From: the human T2T-CHM13v2.0 reference genome, Homo sapiens
Reading direction: 5' to 3' (one strand)
DNA length: 64,000 bases
Assembly (NCBI RefSeq): GCF_009914755.1
Contig: NC_060929.1
Shown here piece after piece: positions 1 to 17,145 of the stretch (positions are counted from its first letter, which is position 1; every line of letters begins with the position of its first letter). The position numbers and the translations under genes were made by a program. Below the pieces are notes generated by a model that was given only the letters and a program-made list of their open reading frames with translations, was not told where the DNA came from and did not search any database.

Positions 1-1589
1 TCATTTTCAAATTGAATTGAGTTTTAGGATTTTTAACTTACTGAGATATCTAACTCAAAATCTCTGTATCTTGTTATATACTCAAAGGCTCAGATCCAAA
101 TATGATAAATTTGAGACAGCAATAATTCATCTTTACCCATTTCGTTCAAAGTCTTCCACTAATTTTTTTGAGTTTTTAATGCCATCATATTTTATGCTTT
201 TTATCACTGAAATATGATTCAACACATATAAAAATGTACATGTTATATGGTGAGGCATTATTTCTCGGTTATTTAGGCAGATTGTTAATGATTCATCAAT
301 GTTTTGATACATGATTCTGATTTCTGCTTTTATCTAAACTAATTAACTTTTGATAGAAAAACTAAAATAATAATGTATTTGTGGCTAAAATACAACATAG
401 TATCTTAAATGTTTTTGTGGCGGTTCAGTTCTAGTGGTGCTGCAGCTCCTTGCATGCGTATTGCAGAAAATGTGAGACAAATATTACCCATATCATTTCA
501 TGTTAACATCACAAAGAAATTCTACGGAATATTAACAGGAACAGATTTGAAGTATACGTGTTTCTGAAGATTCTAATGTCCCTGTAAATATTAATAATTG
601 GATAGAAACCAGCATCATTCATCAATGTTTCTTTAATATTAAAAGAGAGAAAAAAATCAAAATATAGGAAATTATGGGTCCTATTGTGATTCAGCCCTAA
701 AGGTTCTATAGCAAGAGGCACGATTATATGAGCCAAAATGTTGTCTTAATTCTTCTCTCCCACCTCAATGCCTAAAAGGAATATCGGTCACCTGTATTTG
801 TTATTGACACATATTTTTCTTTTGGCCAGTCATTTATTCATAGAGATGCACGCTATCAATGACCATTTTAAAAAATAATATAAATATTTGGAAAATGGAA
901 AGAACAGTTAATTTGGTAATATTAAGGAAACCGTAAAACACACCCAGGTCTTTCCACACTTAGCAGTTCCATCACTGTATGTAATTGCTCTGTATCATGT
1001 CAGTTATTTTAAACTCTTTAGACTTATTCTAGTCCACATGAATTGTTTTTAAATAGTATTAGGTGGCTAAATGTGCTGACCTGTATTATCACTGCATTTT
1101 TTTTCCTCCTGGAGCTCATAACAATGTAAGCATTTCTGCAGAGTCTATACAAAGTCACAAACAAAGTCACTGGGCTGGAGCTTGTCACCCAATAATCGAC
1201 TCTGTCATTTATGAGTTCCCACTTTATGGCATTACTGAAATGCTTTCACCTGAACCATTACTGAGCAACCTGAATTGTGGGGATAAGTCTGCCACTGTTT
1301 TCTGCATACAATGACAGATCATCTAAGGGTGAAAGAGTCTCGGTGGGAAGAGAGCAAGTTCTGTCACAAGCCTCCCCTCTCCCTTTGTATATGCATGCCT
1401 GAGTAGGATGAAACTCTGCTTTCTAACAGTGTTATTTGTTGGAAATTGTTACTCCATTGCATTTATCACTCACAATTTGACAATTCCTCCTACAATGTAG
1501 TTGCCGCAGTGAACACACACACACTCCTGTGGAAATTGCTGTCAGCGAAAGAGAGTTTATTTTCTTCATGTTGATTCTCCATTCCAGCA

Positions 1590-1780
1590 TCTGTGTGCTA
1601 AGCACTCTGTCAAGCATTGTGCATTCATTATTTCATTTAGTTCTCACAGCACCCCTAACAAATGGGTATTATGATCTCCTTTTTAAAATGCCCAGGTCAC
1701 AAAGCCTGAAAATAGTGCAATAACTATTCAACACTGCATTTCCTTAATTCCAGGCTCTCTGCCTTTTAAATGGGCTACCA
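1590..1780 (-). mobile_element. MIR remnant
   Basis: tgtgctaagcact...cattcattatttcatttagttctcacagcaccct...cccaggtcaca resembles the MIR core. Confidence 0.6.
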
Positions 1781-2075
1781 TATCTCCAGTGTGTGTGCAT
1801 CTAATATAATAATAATGCAGAATTTGCTTGGCATTTTAAAAAATTGTGAAACAGATATACCACAGCTATATATAACTTAGATGTACAACTAAATAATAAT
1901 AAAGAAAACAATATATTCACATATCAGCTAAATATCTTAGAAGCCCTTGTTTGTCCCTTATGGGCTTCATTCACCCAATAGTAACCAATTATTCTGAATT
2001 ATGTGATATTAAATCTCTTTTCTTTACGGTTTTACCATCCATATTTTAAAGTATACATATATTAAAACTATATAA

Positions 2076-2624
<549 letters not shown>

Positions 2625-3328
2625 TGATTTCGCGTCTACTGAAGCACATGGACAAGATTATCTCTGTGGCGAATACCAAGTAATGAGATTGTTGAGCCAT
2701 AAAATATGCACATTTCAGTAGGATTGAGTAAAGTCAAATTATTTTCTAAGTAGCTGCATCAATTTGCAGTAAGACAAGCAGTTACTAAGCAGTTAATGAA
2801 AGTTTCTCTTGCACCATTATCTTTGCCAGTAGTCGATTTTGTCCAGCTTTGGAATGTTTACCAAGTTGATGACTATAGTTTTGATATACATTTCTCTGCT
2901 TTCTAACTTTCCTTTATTATTCATTCATCTTTTGTGAAATCCCTGTTCACATATATATTTTAAAATCCTGGTAGTGGTCTTCTTGTTACTGACACACACA
3001 TGCACACACACACACTCACTCATTCCTATATCATGTATATTCTCTCTGGATACTTTTTGTGAGTTTCATTTGTGGAAACCATCATCTACTTCGTCTTATC
3101 ATTAATGCTGCCTGTAGATGAACAGAAGTTCTTAAATTTACTGAATTAATCTATTATTTTCTTCCTTTTCATAACTTGTGATTCTTCTTTAAAAAATTAT
3201 TTCCTATCCAAGGCTATAAATTCATCATCTTATATCATCTTATAAAAAATGTAGATTTGCCTTTCACAGTTATGTCAATGTACATACATCTAAGACCAAG
3301 TATTGTTTATAGTGTGAGAGAGTTATGT

Positions 3329-3644
<316 letters not shown>

Positions 3645-4439
3645 TATGCATTTTTTTTTTCACATAATGATCACTATATTTCCAATCCCATTTATTTATT
3701 AGTCTACCTTATTCCCAAGAATGTGCAAATTTTCATACAACAGATGACTGTATATGCATGAGCATATTTCTGTTTGGATTGTAATTTCAATTACATTAAA
3801 TATACAGATCAGTTGTGAGAGTATAGTTGTATTGGCCGCATTTAGCCTGCTTGCCTACAAAACAATATTTCTATAAATTTTACTAGCCTTTTAACTATTT
3901 TGAATAAAGTTTTGTTTTTCCAATAATGATCATTAACCTATATTTGATATAAGGTAAATTATATTTTTTCTAGTATATGACATCTTATTTGTAATATTTT
4001 TGTGGATTCTCAATATATGGCTAAAAAATTTCTTCTTTTTCCTAATGTAATAAGACTTGAATCATGAAATGATGTATAATTGTTTGACCTTGTTTTTTTT
4101 TTTTCACCACCATACAGTTTCCTTTCTTTAATCTGTTAATGTGTAAAATCATATTCTATTGTTGAATTCATCTGGAATAATTCCTGGAGAAAACAAATAG
4201 TTCCTTACATAGTATTACATTATATTTTAAAATATATACTTGCATCATCTTTACTGATTTTGTTTTTATCTCTTTTCATTGTTGAGAAGCTTAACTCTTT
4301 TTATTTGTTTCTTCAAATCTCTGCAACAATATATGTTAGATTGGACTTATCTTTCCATGAATGTCTAGTGAAAAATCTATTTTAAGGTAATCTGAGACAG
4401 TTATATATTATGCAAAAAAAAGAATTCAGAAGTTACTGA

Positions 4440-4811
<372 letters not shown>

Positions 4812-4928
4812 AAGGGATTAAATTCCTCTATAGCTAAATGTCCATACAAATTTTCTACTTCTTTACAGTATGCCAAATTAAATTATTCAGAGAATTTTTT
4901 CTCTTAACATAAGTTTTAAAAAATATTA

Positions 4929-5249
<321 letters not shown>

Positions 5250-6204
5250 TCAATTTTAGTATTATTTTATAAATTTAATATTATATTTTTATACATTTTC
5301 TATTATATTTATATATGCTCTTTTTTATCATTATTTATCTTTCCAAAGGTCATCTAGTTTGTTGAAACATAGCCCAAATGCTTCTCAGTATATCACTAAA
5401 AATAATTGAAAACATTCAAATATTTAAAATTACTCATAACAAAATATATAATCATTAAAGTCTGGAAAATTAATATTTATATAACTCCAGGTTTACATTA
5501 AACAAAAAGAAAAAAAAGAATAGATTTTGGTCTCTTATTTGTTCTATAAATAAAAAGTTCATTCTTCTAAAGGTTGAGGCATAATACACAGTAAATATTA
5601 AAGACTGCAGTTAAAACAGGGAACACTTCTTTTATTCTTGTTGGTAAATGATATCACACAGTGGTACTCCATCTAAAGGCCTACCATTATTTTTCCAAAG
5701 TATAATAAGGAGGGTTGCTTGTGAATTGTCCTTTAGTTGCAAATCAATAGAATTCAAGGGCTAGATTGAGCAACAATGATCTGATGATCCAGCTCTCCAA
5801 AGCATTTCTCCAAGTAGCAGAAAGTCATAATGGTGGCAAAAAGATTAATATTTACTGATGGAAAGTGTTATGCTTATTACACAGAAAGTAATTTCATCCC
5901 AAATTTAAGAGCAATAAACATAAAAACATATATTTTTCCTTTTATAATGCTTTTATATTATATGCCTTGTGCTGCAAACATTAAACTCTTTTTAAAGATG
6001 AAAGAGACATATGACTTCCATTTTTCTTTAGTACAATTTTATCAGTATACATGCAGGAAATAGTTATCGAATGATGATAAGTAATTTGTTGTGGAATATT
6101 AATAAATTCAGGAAGTCATTTGCTTCCTCCAGAAGGTATAAATGTCTTGAAATTAAGAATATATTAGTAGAATAGTAATAGAGAGTAAAGAGTGAATCAC
6201 TTTG

Positions 6205-6502
<298 letters not shown>

Positions 6503-7494
6503 GGAGCGAATCACTTTGAAATGGCATGGTAGGAAAAGTTATTTGACATCCATATGCAAAGGAGTGAAAGTTTTTGGGTCTTAACGAAATAGTTTATAAT
6601 CTGCAATCTTTAGTTAAAAATTATACCTTATCTCTTCACTACAGATCAAAAAACACAAGAAGCACCTGAGGTCAAAGAGTTTCCTACCTAACACAGTGTT
6701 TTTCTATACCCATTACATCATAGGATGGATGCTTCAAATAACTCTTCCATTGTGTTTGCTGCCACAGGATGGAAGGAAGACAGAACTAGGAGAAAAATGT
6801 GAAAAATGACTAATTTTGACCTAGAAAAATTCTCAGGAAAAGAGAGTGAAAATTTGAGAGGCTCATTTGCATATTCCTACTAACTCAAACCCAAACCACA
6901 GGGTGGGAATTGAGTTTGGGAGAAGCCACAAATAAATGGAGAAGCTTGAAGCTGCATGATCAGCAACAGGACTGATCCTGGAAGACAGTTTCAGTATAGA
7001 GAGATGGTATGTTTGCAAACCGGAAAGGAAAACCAGATGAGCTTGAAGTAGTATTCTTGGAATAATTTGGCCTGTAGGTTATCTGGTAGATCTAGCATTG
7101 TATTTCTTTTCTATCTGGGGACATGAACCAGGAGCGTTATAAATGTCAAAGGCTGTATAATCAAGACAAACCAACACTATAGAGAGCAACTATGATTCAG
7201 CACAATCAGCTATAGGTTTTGGTAATAACATAGGACTCCTTAAACTAGGTGGGAATAGTTAAGCTCAAAGCTCACCAATCATGGGTAGAAAAGCACAAAC
7301 CATCTGCATCTGAAAGCAGAGAGAATTTAGTGCTCATAGTTGTAATCTGAAGAATCTTGTCCCTTATGAAATGCATGGTCATATAAGCCACAGAGCTAAA
7401 ACCCTACTTAAACTTTGAGAATTATGTGAAAGCAAAATCAGAGGTTGGGCACTTATATACAGAACACTTATTTCATCGAAGTAACAAGATACTC

Positions 7495-8330
<836 letters not shown>

Positions 8331-8539
8331 CATACGATTAAACCAATACTCTGCATTATGAACTTGTTTATTTGATTGTTTCCTTTTTTGTCTCTATTCA
8401 ATGGTGAGGTGTTTATAAAAAAAACCAGATCATTTATAGAGAAATGACATGTAGTGTGAGTTTACTTGCAATTCTGCTGAACAGCTCGCAAAAATGGAGA
8501 TATACCAAATTTGTCTTATGTTTTCTGTCAAAACTTCCA

Positions 8540-9060
8540 AGTGGCTGATGTAACTTCTTGAGTTTTCTCATGTTAGTTTAAAAAATAAAATCTGTAATTT
8601 GTCCTCTTCTATAACCACTCTATAAATTTCACTACTCTCATTATCTTTATGTTTAGGGCTTTTTTTAAATTTAAAGCTGAAGATCAATTTGTTAGTAATC
8701 TCATGTGTCCAACTGGCTATACAAACTCAACATTTCTAATGCTAAGAAAATGGCATTCTCTTCTAATCTGTTTCGGGAGCACTGTGTAGTCTTAATATTG
8801 GATAATTTCTTCATTATTTACCCAGCTACTGAATTAGAAACCTAGGAACATCCATTACTTATAACTTTCTTCCTCCATGTCCACCTGGTCTCCAAGACTC
8901 TGAACCTGCCTTTATTTTTTCCATCACTTTTGCCAGAAGTTTCAATTATATTCTTATCATTTCTCACTTGGACTATTACCTAATAGTTGGCCTCTCTGTT
9001 ACTACTGTATTTCCCATTTAGACATTTTCATGCTTTCATAAGATTCCTCTATCAAAATTC
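8540..9060 (-). mobile_element. L2 remnant
   Basis: aaactcaacatttctaa, atcatttctcacttggactattacctaatag. Confidence 0.55.
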
Positions 9061-11046
9061 TGTTTTTGATATTAATTTGTTTGGCAGTCATCATTGGACT
9101 TTTCTGTTGCCCACTGACCCCAAACCATCATCACTCCTCCTTTACAAATTACAGAATTGTGATTAACTCATGCTCTATTCACCTTTGTACTGCAATGTCC
9201 AATCAAGGGGTTGGCAAAATTCATGTGCCAAATAATATATGCAAATACATAAAAATCAAAATAGCTGGAGCCAGTTATTTTCACAGTAATGGATCAGAGA
9301 GATAATAAGGTTTTTGTTGATAGTCCACTGCCAAAGGAGGAAGAGGAAAGGAATATTTTTCTCCCTATCTCCTGCAGCTGAAATTGCTCACATCAGCATC
9401 AATCTGCTTGGTGATTACATCCCAGCCTTTTGACAGCCTTAAATTTGATCTATGCTAGAGGACTGATATGGTTATTTTAAGAGTTCATTGGTAATTAACC
9501 TAAGATTAAGAAGAATAAAATTTGTAAGTAAAAGAACACACCTTATGTCCAATGAACTTCCTATAGCTTTCTTTTGTTCAGTGGGTAATGTTTAGCATTT
9601 TTATTGAAAGGATTCAGTTAACTCACCCTATGAATGCAGACACTGATATGATCTACTGACTAGAAAGTAAAATTATCATCAAAATTTTCCAAGTGATCTT
9701 TAATTAACTCACCTTTTAAAACAGGTTTTCCCTGGGGTAAATATAAGCAGAAAAAGTAACAGCAAGCAGTTCACCATTTATCTTACTGCCTTTAACCATT
9801 GTTTCTGAACTGGTCATTCTTAAAAGGTAACTATTTTTTCTTCTCTAAAGTTTACTTGTATTTGGTTGGCAGTTGCTTTTATTACTGTTTGTTTCGTGTT
9901 TGATGATTAGTGTAACTGACTTCAATTATGGCTCACTGCCTTGCATGGAACCTGGTCAAATTGGCATTCACTCCAAAATTAAATGGATCCTTGTTTAATT
10001 TCCCCTAGCTCTTTGTAAGGGGCAGAAAAACACAACAGTATCATAAAATTGTTGGCTTGTTGTTACAAAAAACCTTCCTTTTATTAAAAGGTTATAGTGT
10101 TCTGAAAAGTATTAGACTATTTTTTATATATTTTCTCTCTGAGCATCCACGTTATATAAAGTAGTATTAAAAAGCTCATGCTGGTGATGAAGAGCTAACC
10201 CTTGCAGTAGAAAGGGAAAATTTTCTAGGTCACTCTGCTTATGCTGTCTTAAAAATAAAAAAGAAGAGTGTGTTTCTATTAATACTTGGGAAATTTTGAC
10301 ATTGTATCCTGTGTAAGGTGTTTTTGATGGAAACAGAAAATATATTCAAACGTATGCTGAGGTTAAGATGGTGTTTCATAGGAGTGAAAAATCTAGACGG
10401 GAGGTGGATGCTGTGGGGAAACAGACAGCTTCTGTACATTGGGTAAAGCTTAACAGAATCAGGTATCCACAGAAAATCCTAATAAAGTAGTTAACTCTGA
10501 AGAGCATGGCTTTGAAATTCCAGGTTTCCGCTGCATGTTAGGTGATCCTGCTGCTGAGTGCTTCGTTCTGGTTGTACTTTTTAAAGACTGATTTTTCCAA
10601 TTTCTGTTTTAACCATACCAAATTATATTAGCTCTTGATTAAGAGTTAAAATAAAATAACAAAACATTTGTTTAGCCTTATTATAATCCAAATTGTCTCC
10701 CATGTTAACTCTGATGAGGGTATGAAGACTTACCAACTTCCTCTGGCCCAAACCTAGGAAGCAAGAGAGTTGATCTTCAAGCCTAGCTTTCTCAATTACA
10801 ATTCAGGAATGTTGTCACTGTAATATGGCCCATTACTTTCCTAAAGCTGCCATAGCAAAGTACCATAGATGTGTTTTTCACAATTCTTGGGAATAGAAGT
10901 CCAAGGTCAAGATGTTTGCAGGGTTAGTTTCTTCTGAAGGTCGTGAGGAAGATCTATTTCATGCCTCTTTTGTACCTCTGGTGGTTTGCTGGGAATCTTT
11001 CATGTTCATTGGCTTCTGCTGCCTCCTTTTTATCTCTACTTTCATC

Positions 11047-11355
11047 TTTTTTGTTTGTTTGTTTGTTTGTTTTTTAGACGGAGTCTTGCTCTGTCACCCA
11101 GGTTGGAGTACGGTGGCGCAGCCTCGGCTCACTACAACCTCTGCCTCCTGGGTTCAAGTGATTATCCTGCCTCAGCCTCCTGAGTAGCTGGGATTATAGG
11201 CGCGTGCCACTACACCAGACTAATTTTTTGTATTTTTAGTAGAGATTGGTTTTCGCCATGTTGGCCAGGCTAGTCCCAAACTCCGGACCTCATAATCTGC
11301 CTGCCTCGGCCTCCCAAAGTGCTGGGATTACAAGTGTGAGCCACTGTGCCTGGCC
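11047..11355 (-). mobile_element. AluS (Sg-like)
   Basis: Dimer with (TTTG)n tail; TSD tctactttcatct / tctgccttcatct. Confidence 0.96.
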
Positions 11356-11454
11356 TCTGCCTTCATCTTAACATGGCATTTTCCCTACATGCATGTCTGT
11401 CTCTATGTCCAGATTTTCCCCTTATAAGGAACAGCGGTCATATTAGATTGAAGT

Positions 11455-11980
11455 TGTCAAATAGAAATTGCACCTAGCAAATTAAACAGGTGAGGTTAAG
11501 GTAGAGTTTTTTCAAAGGCTATTGCAAAAGAGGTCAAGACTGTGGTAATAGGGGACAAATTGGACTCAATCATGCAGAAATAAATGGCAAGAGTTTTCAG
11601 GCCCTGGGGTGAGCTAGTGGAAAAGTACTGTAAGACATTACAGGGAAGGTTAGTTATAGTAATTAGACCATCTGTATTTGCTAATTGGTGTTTATTGAAG
11701 TTGGGCCCCTCACTTCCACAGAGACTGGGAAATAGGGGCGTTATCCTTTTTGATAATTATATTTTAAAGAGATGGTTCCTGGGTCCTTGAGAAAGACATT
11801 CCTGGGGTAGAAAACTGGCAAGAAGCTGGGAGAAGATTTACATCCCAAAGGACAGGCGAAAAAAATTACAATAACAAGTTTTCTAAGTAAATCTAAGAAA
11901 GGGATTCCAGGGGCCTAGAGTCAGGAAGAAACTTGTCTAAAGTTTACCCAAACTGAGAACTGCTAAGGCCTTCTTAGTCA
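11455..11980 (-). mobile_element. ERV1 solo LTR (MER31/MER67-like)
   Basis: TG...CA ends; reverse strand starts tgactaagaaggccttag...aaactttagacaagtttcttcctgactctaggcccctg. Confidence 0.8.
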
Positions 11981-12601
11981 GAAAGCATCAAATGACATCA
12001 TTTTTTTAAATAATTTGATTTCCTATGTAAAGACACTGTTTTTACATAGTCACATTCTGAGGTACTGGCATTAGAACTTCAACATATCTTTTTTGGGTGG
12101 ACACAATTCAACCTATAACACATGGATATGTAATTTACTTACAAAGAAAAGTAATTCTAAAATACTTGAATTCTTAACATTTGGTTATATTTTAGTAACA
12201 GAATTGGGAAAGATTTGCAATAGAAACATATAAATTTAAGTGCCAAACTGAAAGCTATTTTTGATATTCTCTAATGTATATACGTAGACATTTTATGAAA
12301 GAACTAATAACAAGAATGAAAAGTAAAGTGTTTACCCATTATAATAACTTACATCACAGAAACAAACCATATAGAAGAAAATCGTATATGAAACACATAA
12401 AATCTGAGTATATTATCAAGGTAATACAAGGCTATCTTTCTGCAATAAACTTTAGCCAAGTTTTTCAATATGAACAAATACAAGCAAAACAAATTTAATT
12501 AGCATTTAATACACTTAAATAATGGTATAATTATAAAAATAACCTAAATTTACTTCTTAAGCATCAGATCTATAGGCCCTTCTCTTAAAAATTTCAATTC
12601 A

Positions 12602-12908
12602 AGCTAGATGCAGCAGCTAATGCCTATAATCCTAGAACTTTGGGAGGCTGAGGCAAGAGGATCACTTGAAGCCATGAGTTCAAAATCAGCCTTTGCAACA
12701 TATCAAAACCCAATTTCTACAATAAAAATAAAAATTAAAAAATTAGCTAGGCATGGTGGCACATGCCTATAGTCCCAGCTACTCAGGAACCGAGGCAGCA
12801 GGATTGCTGAGCCCAGGAGTTCAAGCCTGCAGTGAGCTATCATCTATTATTGAGCCACTGTACTCCGGCCTGGGTGACAGAGGAAGATCCCATCTTAAAA
12901 ACAAAATA
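12602..12908 (+). mobile_element. AluJ
   Basis: Diverged dimer with J-type gagcccaggagttcaagcctgcagtgagctat. Confidence 0.93.
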
Positions 12909-14227
12909 ATTTACTCATAAGTTATGTGGATGAAACCTGCAAAATTTATGTTTATCATATACCAAGGTAATATTATTAGTGAATTTTAGCCAACACAAAT
13001 TTCAAAGCCCATTTAAGGAAAACTTCAAAGGCAATCTTCTATTTTTAAATGGTAAAAAAATAAAAAAAGAATCAACATGTGGAGAAGTATAATTCTGCAG
13101 AAGTGCCATGGATTTGGCTATATCATATGTTATTAGAGCTGTCTGAGAAATTTGTAAAATAGTTATTTCATGCAGTAGAAAATGATGTAAAATTATCTAA
13201 ATAATGATAGCCTTTGGAAATCATTTAGTAATATAACTTCTAAATAATCCTTTCTACGTAATATATGTATTGAACATTTGTAATATGCTAAGCATCAAAA
13301 CTAAAATACTGTCACCGCTTTCTATCAGGGGTCTTCTACATTGCTTGGTAGATAATTTTAGAAACTGGCCGCTATTCCAGATATAAAAGCAGAAAGTATT
13401 AGTAATAACTGTGGTATGTCTGTCCACATAATTCTAACATAAAATATATTAAATTTATTGTAGGACTAATATATTTATTTGGATTTATTTTGGAGACAGG
13501 GTCACTGCCTATATATAGGGTATAAACATATTTTCTTGAGTTGAGATCATTCCGTGGGCCAAACATAAGGGGTAATACAAATCTCTCAGCTAAAAAATGT
13601 GGACTTGAGTTGGTAGTCTATAACATGAAAAAAGACGAGTGCTATTCTCTTGAAATTGCTCAAGAGAAATTTGTCTTGATATTGCTGGGAGGCTAGTTTC
13701 ACTAGGGTACTGAAAAACCTAGCCATATGGAGATGTCCTGAAAGCTAAAAAATAAGAAGAAAAGAAGCTGACAAACTTCTGCCACTCCTGGAGCCTCAGA
13801 AAGTTAATCACACTGTTTTCCTGGACTTTCAAACCATAAAATAGCATTGAAGACACAATCCAAGTTATAACCATAGACTTTATATAATACTGTCAAGTTA
13901 CCATTAAGTTGAGCATTTTGTAGTGAAATTCGTGAAACAATACAATTTTCAAATGTATAGTGAAGAAAAAGTTACCTTAATGTCAGTCAGCACATATTAA
14001 ATCATGTAGCATTTTTATAAGTAGATGCATAAGAAAAAATACATTATTTTTCAATAAGCCCATGTACTTAAATTTAAAATTTTTGTACAACATGCTGAAT
14101 ATTTATTCTATTAATGACATTTACAATACCTTTATCACCTCTTTCTCTCATTTTTGCTCTAAATAATTAAGTTGGACATTTTATCAAGTTGATAAGTTGA
14201 CATAACTTAGTCTCCATTAATAGTAAT

Positions 14228-14271
14228 TGTATTAGTCAGGGTTCTCTAGAGGAACAGAACTAATGGAATGC

Positions 14272-14320
<49 letters not shown>

Positions 14321-14698
14321 TGAATGTATTAAGTATTAACTCATAGGATCACAAGGTCCCACAATAGGCCGTCTGCAGGCTGAGGAGCAAGGAGAGCCAG
14401 TCTGAGTTCCAAAACTGAAGAACTTGGAGTCTGATGTTCCAGGGCAGGAAGCATCCAGCACAGGAGAAAGATGTCGGCTGGGAAGCTAGGCTAGTCTCTC
14501 TTTTCACATTCTTCTGCCTGCTTATATTGTAGCCACGTTGGCAGTTGATTAGATTATGCCCACCAGATTAAGGGTGGGTCTGCCTTTCCCAGCTCACTGA
14601 CTCAAATGTTAATCTCCTTTAGCAACATCCTCACAGACACACCTAGTATCAATACTTTGTATCCTTCAATCCAATCAAGTTGACAATATTAACCATCA
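14228..14698 (-). mobile_element. ERVL solo LTR (MLT2A-like) with internal (TA)n
   Basis: tgtattagtcagggttctctagagg...attaaccatca; perfect 5-bp TSD GTAAT at 14223-14227 and 14699-14703. Confidence 0.93.
14274..14317. repeat. (TA)n microsatellite
   Basis: About 22 uninterrupted units. Confidence 0.98.
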
Positions 14699-15441
14699 GT
14701 AATAATAGCAAATATTTATTGAATGCTTATCAAGTAAATTTCATTATTCTAAAGACTTTCCCTACATTGTTTTATTCTTCGTATTTTAGATTCTTTAAAA
14801 TGAAGAGACTGATACATGGAGAATCTGAACATCTTTTTTAGGGTCTAACATCTAGTTTGTGTCATATACAAGATTTACATCCAGAGGATCTATGTATTTT
14901 ATGGTAGAAATTCTCAACCTTTACACATAGTGTTTAATGTCCGCAAGTATAACACACTAAAATTGCATTTTTTTAATGCTTAGCACCCCAAATTTCAGGC
15001 AAGTAGAGCACTACAGAAATTCTTAATCTTCAAGATTCTTATACTATTTTGGCTCATTAGAGGCTGTAACAAAACAGGACAGTTTAGAGGTCCCATTTCA
15101 CGTGGATAATATTGTTGAGTTTTTTTGCTTGTGTCTCAAGGATGACACTAGGAATTCCAATCGGTAAATTACCCAAGGAATTGATGCATTACACTATTGT
15201 TTAATCTAAAACAAATAACTAATTGGGAAACTGAAAGAGGTACACTCTTGCATCTTACTTTAGATATTTGAGGTCATTTGAATACCATCTAGTACCTATC
15301 AAACTTTACAATGTTATTTGTGTTTCCTTCTATTTGGTTTAGCAATTTAAAATGTTTATCGTGTAGGTAATTCCTGAGTGTGTGTTTGTTACTATGGCAG
15401 GTTTATTTTTTTTAGCCTGTAAGTTTGTGTCTTAAATATTA

Positions 15442-15807
<366 letters not shown>

Positions 15808-15989
15808 ACAAGTTATAAAGCCTATACATTTGCAAAGGGGAAAAATCTGATAGTAAAGAAACTTTCAAACAATAGAATTTCACTTTCAATTTCTCCTAGC
15901 CACCCACTCGGACTCTGCAGGGGCGATCACTATTAATAGATTTTCGAGTAACTTCCCACAATGTTTTTGTACATATATGTATTATTTCT

Positions 15990-16555
15990 TCTTTTCATTT
16001 TTATATTGTGGTAAGAAAACTTACTGTAAGATCTACCCTTTTAACCAATTTGTAAGTGTATTTGAACAGCATTGTACAGAAAATCTCTAGAAATCATTCC
16101 CACTGCATAACAGAAAATTTATACCTATTGAACAGCAACTCCTTATTTCCCCCTCCTCCTAACACTTAACAACCACATTCTACTCTGTTACTATGACTAT
16201 TTTAAATACATCATATAAATGGAATTATGTAGTATTTTTCCTTCTTTCCTTGCCTTATCAAGTAACTAAATGAACTAAGCATAATATCCTCCAGGTTCAT
16301 CTACATTGTTGCAAATGGCAAGATTTTCTTCTTTTTATAAGGCTGAATAATATTTCATTGCATGTATATACCACATTTTCTTTATTCATCCATCCATCAA
16401 TAGACATTTAAGTTGTTTCCAAATCTTGGCTCTTGTAAACAGTGCTTCAGTGAATATGGGAGTGCAGATTTTTCATTGAGATCCTTATTGCAATACTTTT
16501 ATATACACCCAGATGTGTGAATCATATGGTAGTTCTAATTTTAATTTTTTAAGGT
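15990..16555 (-). mobile_element. L1MA/MB-type 3' fragment
   Basis: aggctgaataatatttcattgcatgtatataccacattttctttattcatccatcc. Confidence 0.85.
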
Positions 16556-17064
16556 TGCTGATTTATAGACAAGAAAGTGGCCTCTGTTTTGGAGAAACAT
16601 CTAGTCCATTCTGGAGGACAGTTATATGAGTACATTGTAACAATTCACTGTGACAAGGATGTTTAGCAAATAAATAATTCCTGTGAAAGCTAAGAACAAT
16701 CCACTCATAATATCCTTAATATTGGCACAATTTGATGTGAATGGCACATATTATTTTTCACAGAAGTTTCTGTGTGTTGGACTCAACTTTACATTGTTTA
16801 TAATTTATAAATGCTTAAAACAATTAAATTTCATCACTAAATTGCATTACCCTTGCGACTTCACAGTCTCCCTCAATGGAATTCTTACCTTTTAAGTTTC
16901 AGGGAAAATGGTGCAAACAGGCTTGAAATGCCTAACATGTGGGTAGACCGATCACAATCCTTAATTACTTGAACTCTCCCCATCTTGATTGCCAGATTTA
17001 GTGTAAAAGGGTATCCTCTCTGTCTAGGATCCATATCCATCCAATTTATGGCTCTTAACGCTTT

Positions 17065-17145
17065 GCATTTCTTCACAAACCTTACGTAAATTTCTTCAGC
17101 AAGCATTTCTTCACAAACCTTATGTAAATTTCTTCAGCAAGCATT
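17065..17145. repeat. 38-bp tandem duplication
   Basis: gcatttcttcacaaacctta(c/t)gtaaatttcttcagcaa x2 plus gcatt; one mismatch. Confidence 0.97.

Larger units (their letters stand above)
10831..12120 (-). mobile_element. MaLR LTR (MLT1C-like) containing a nested Alu and a nested ERV1 LTR
   Basis: gctgccatagcaaagtacca...agaagtccaaggtcaagatg, ending gtcacattctgaggtactgg...acacaattcaacctataaca. Confidence 0.85.

Noticed and set aside
488-736. 75-aa ORF and a possible minus-strand exon at 582-488
   Set aside because: The candidate exon has stops in all three frames and no recognisable homology
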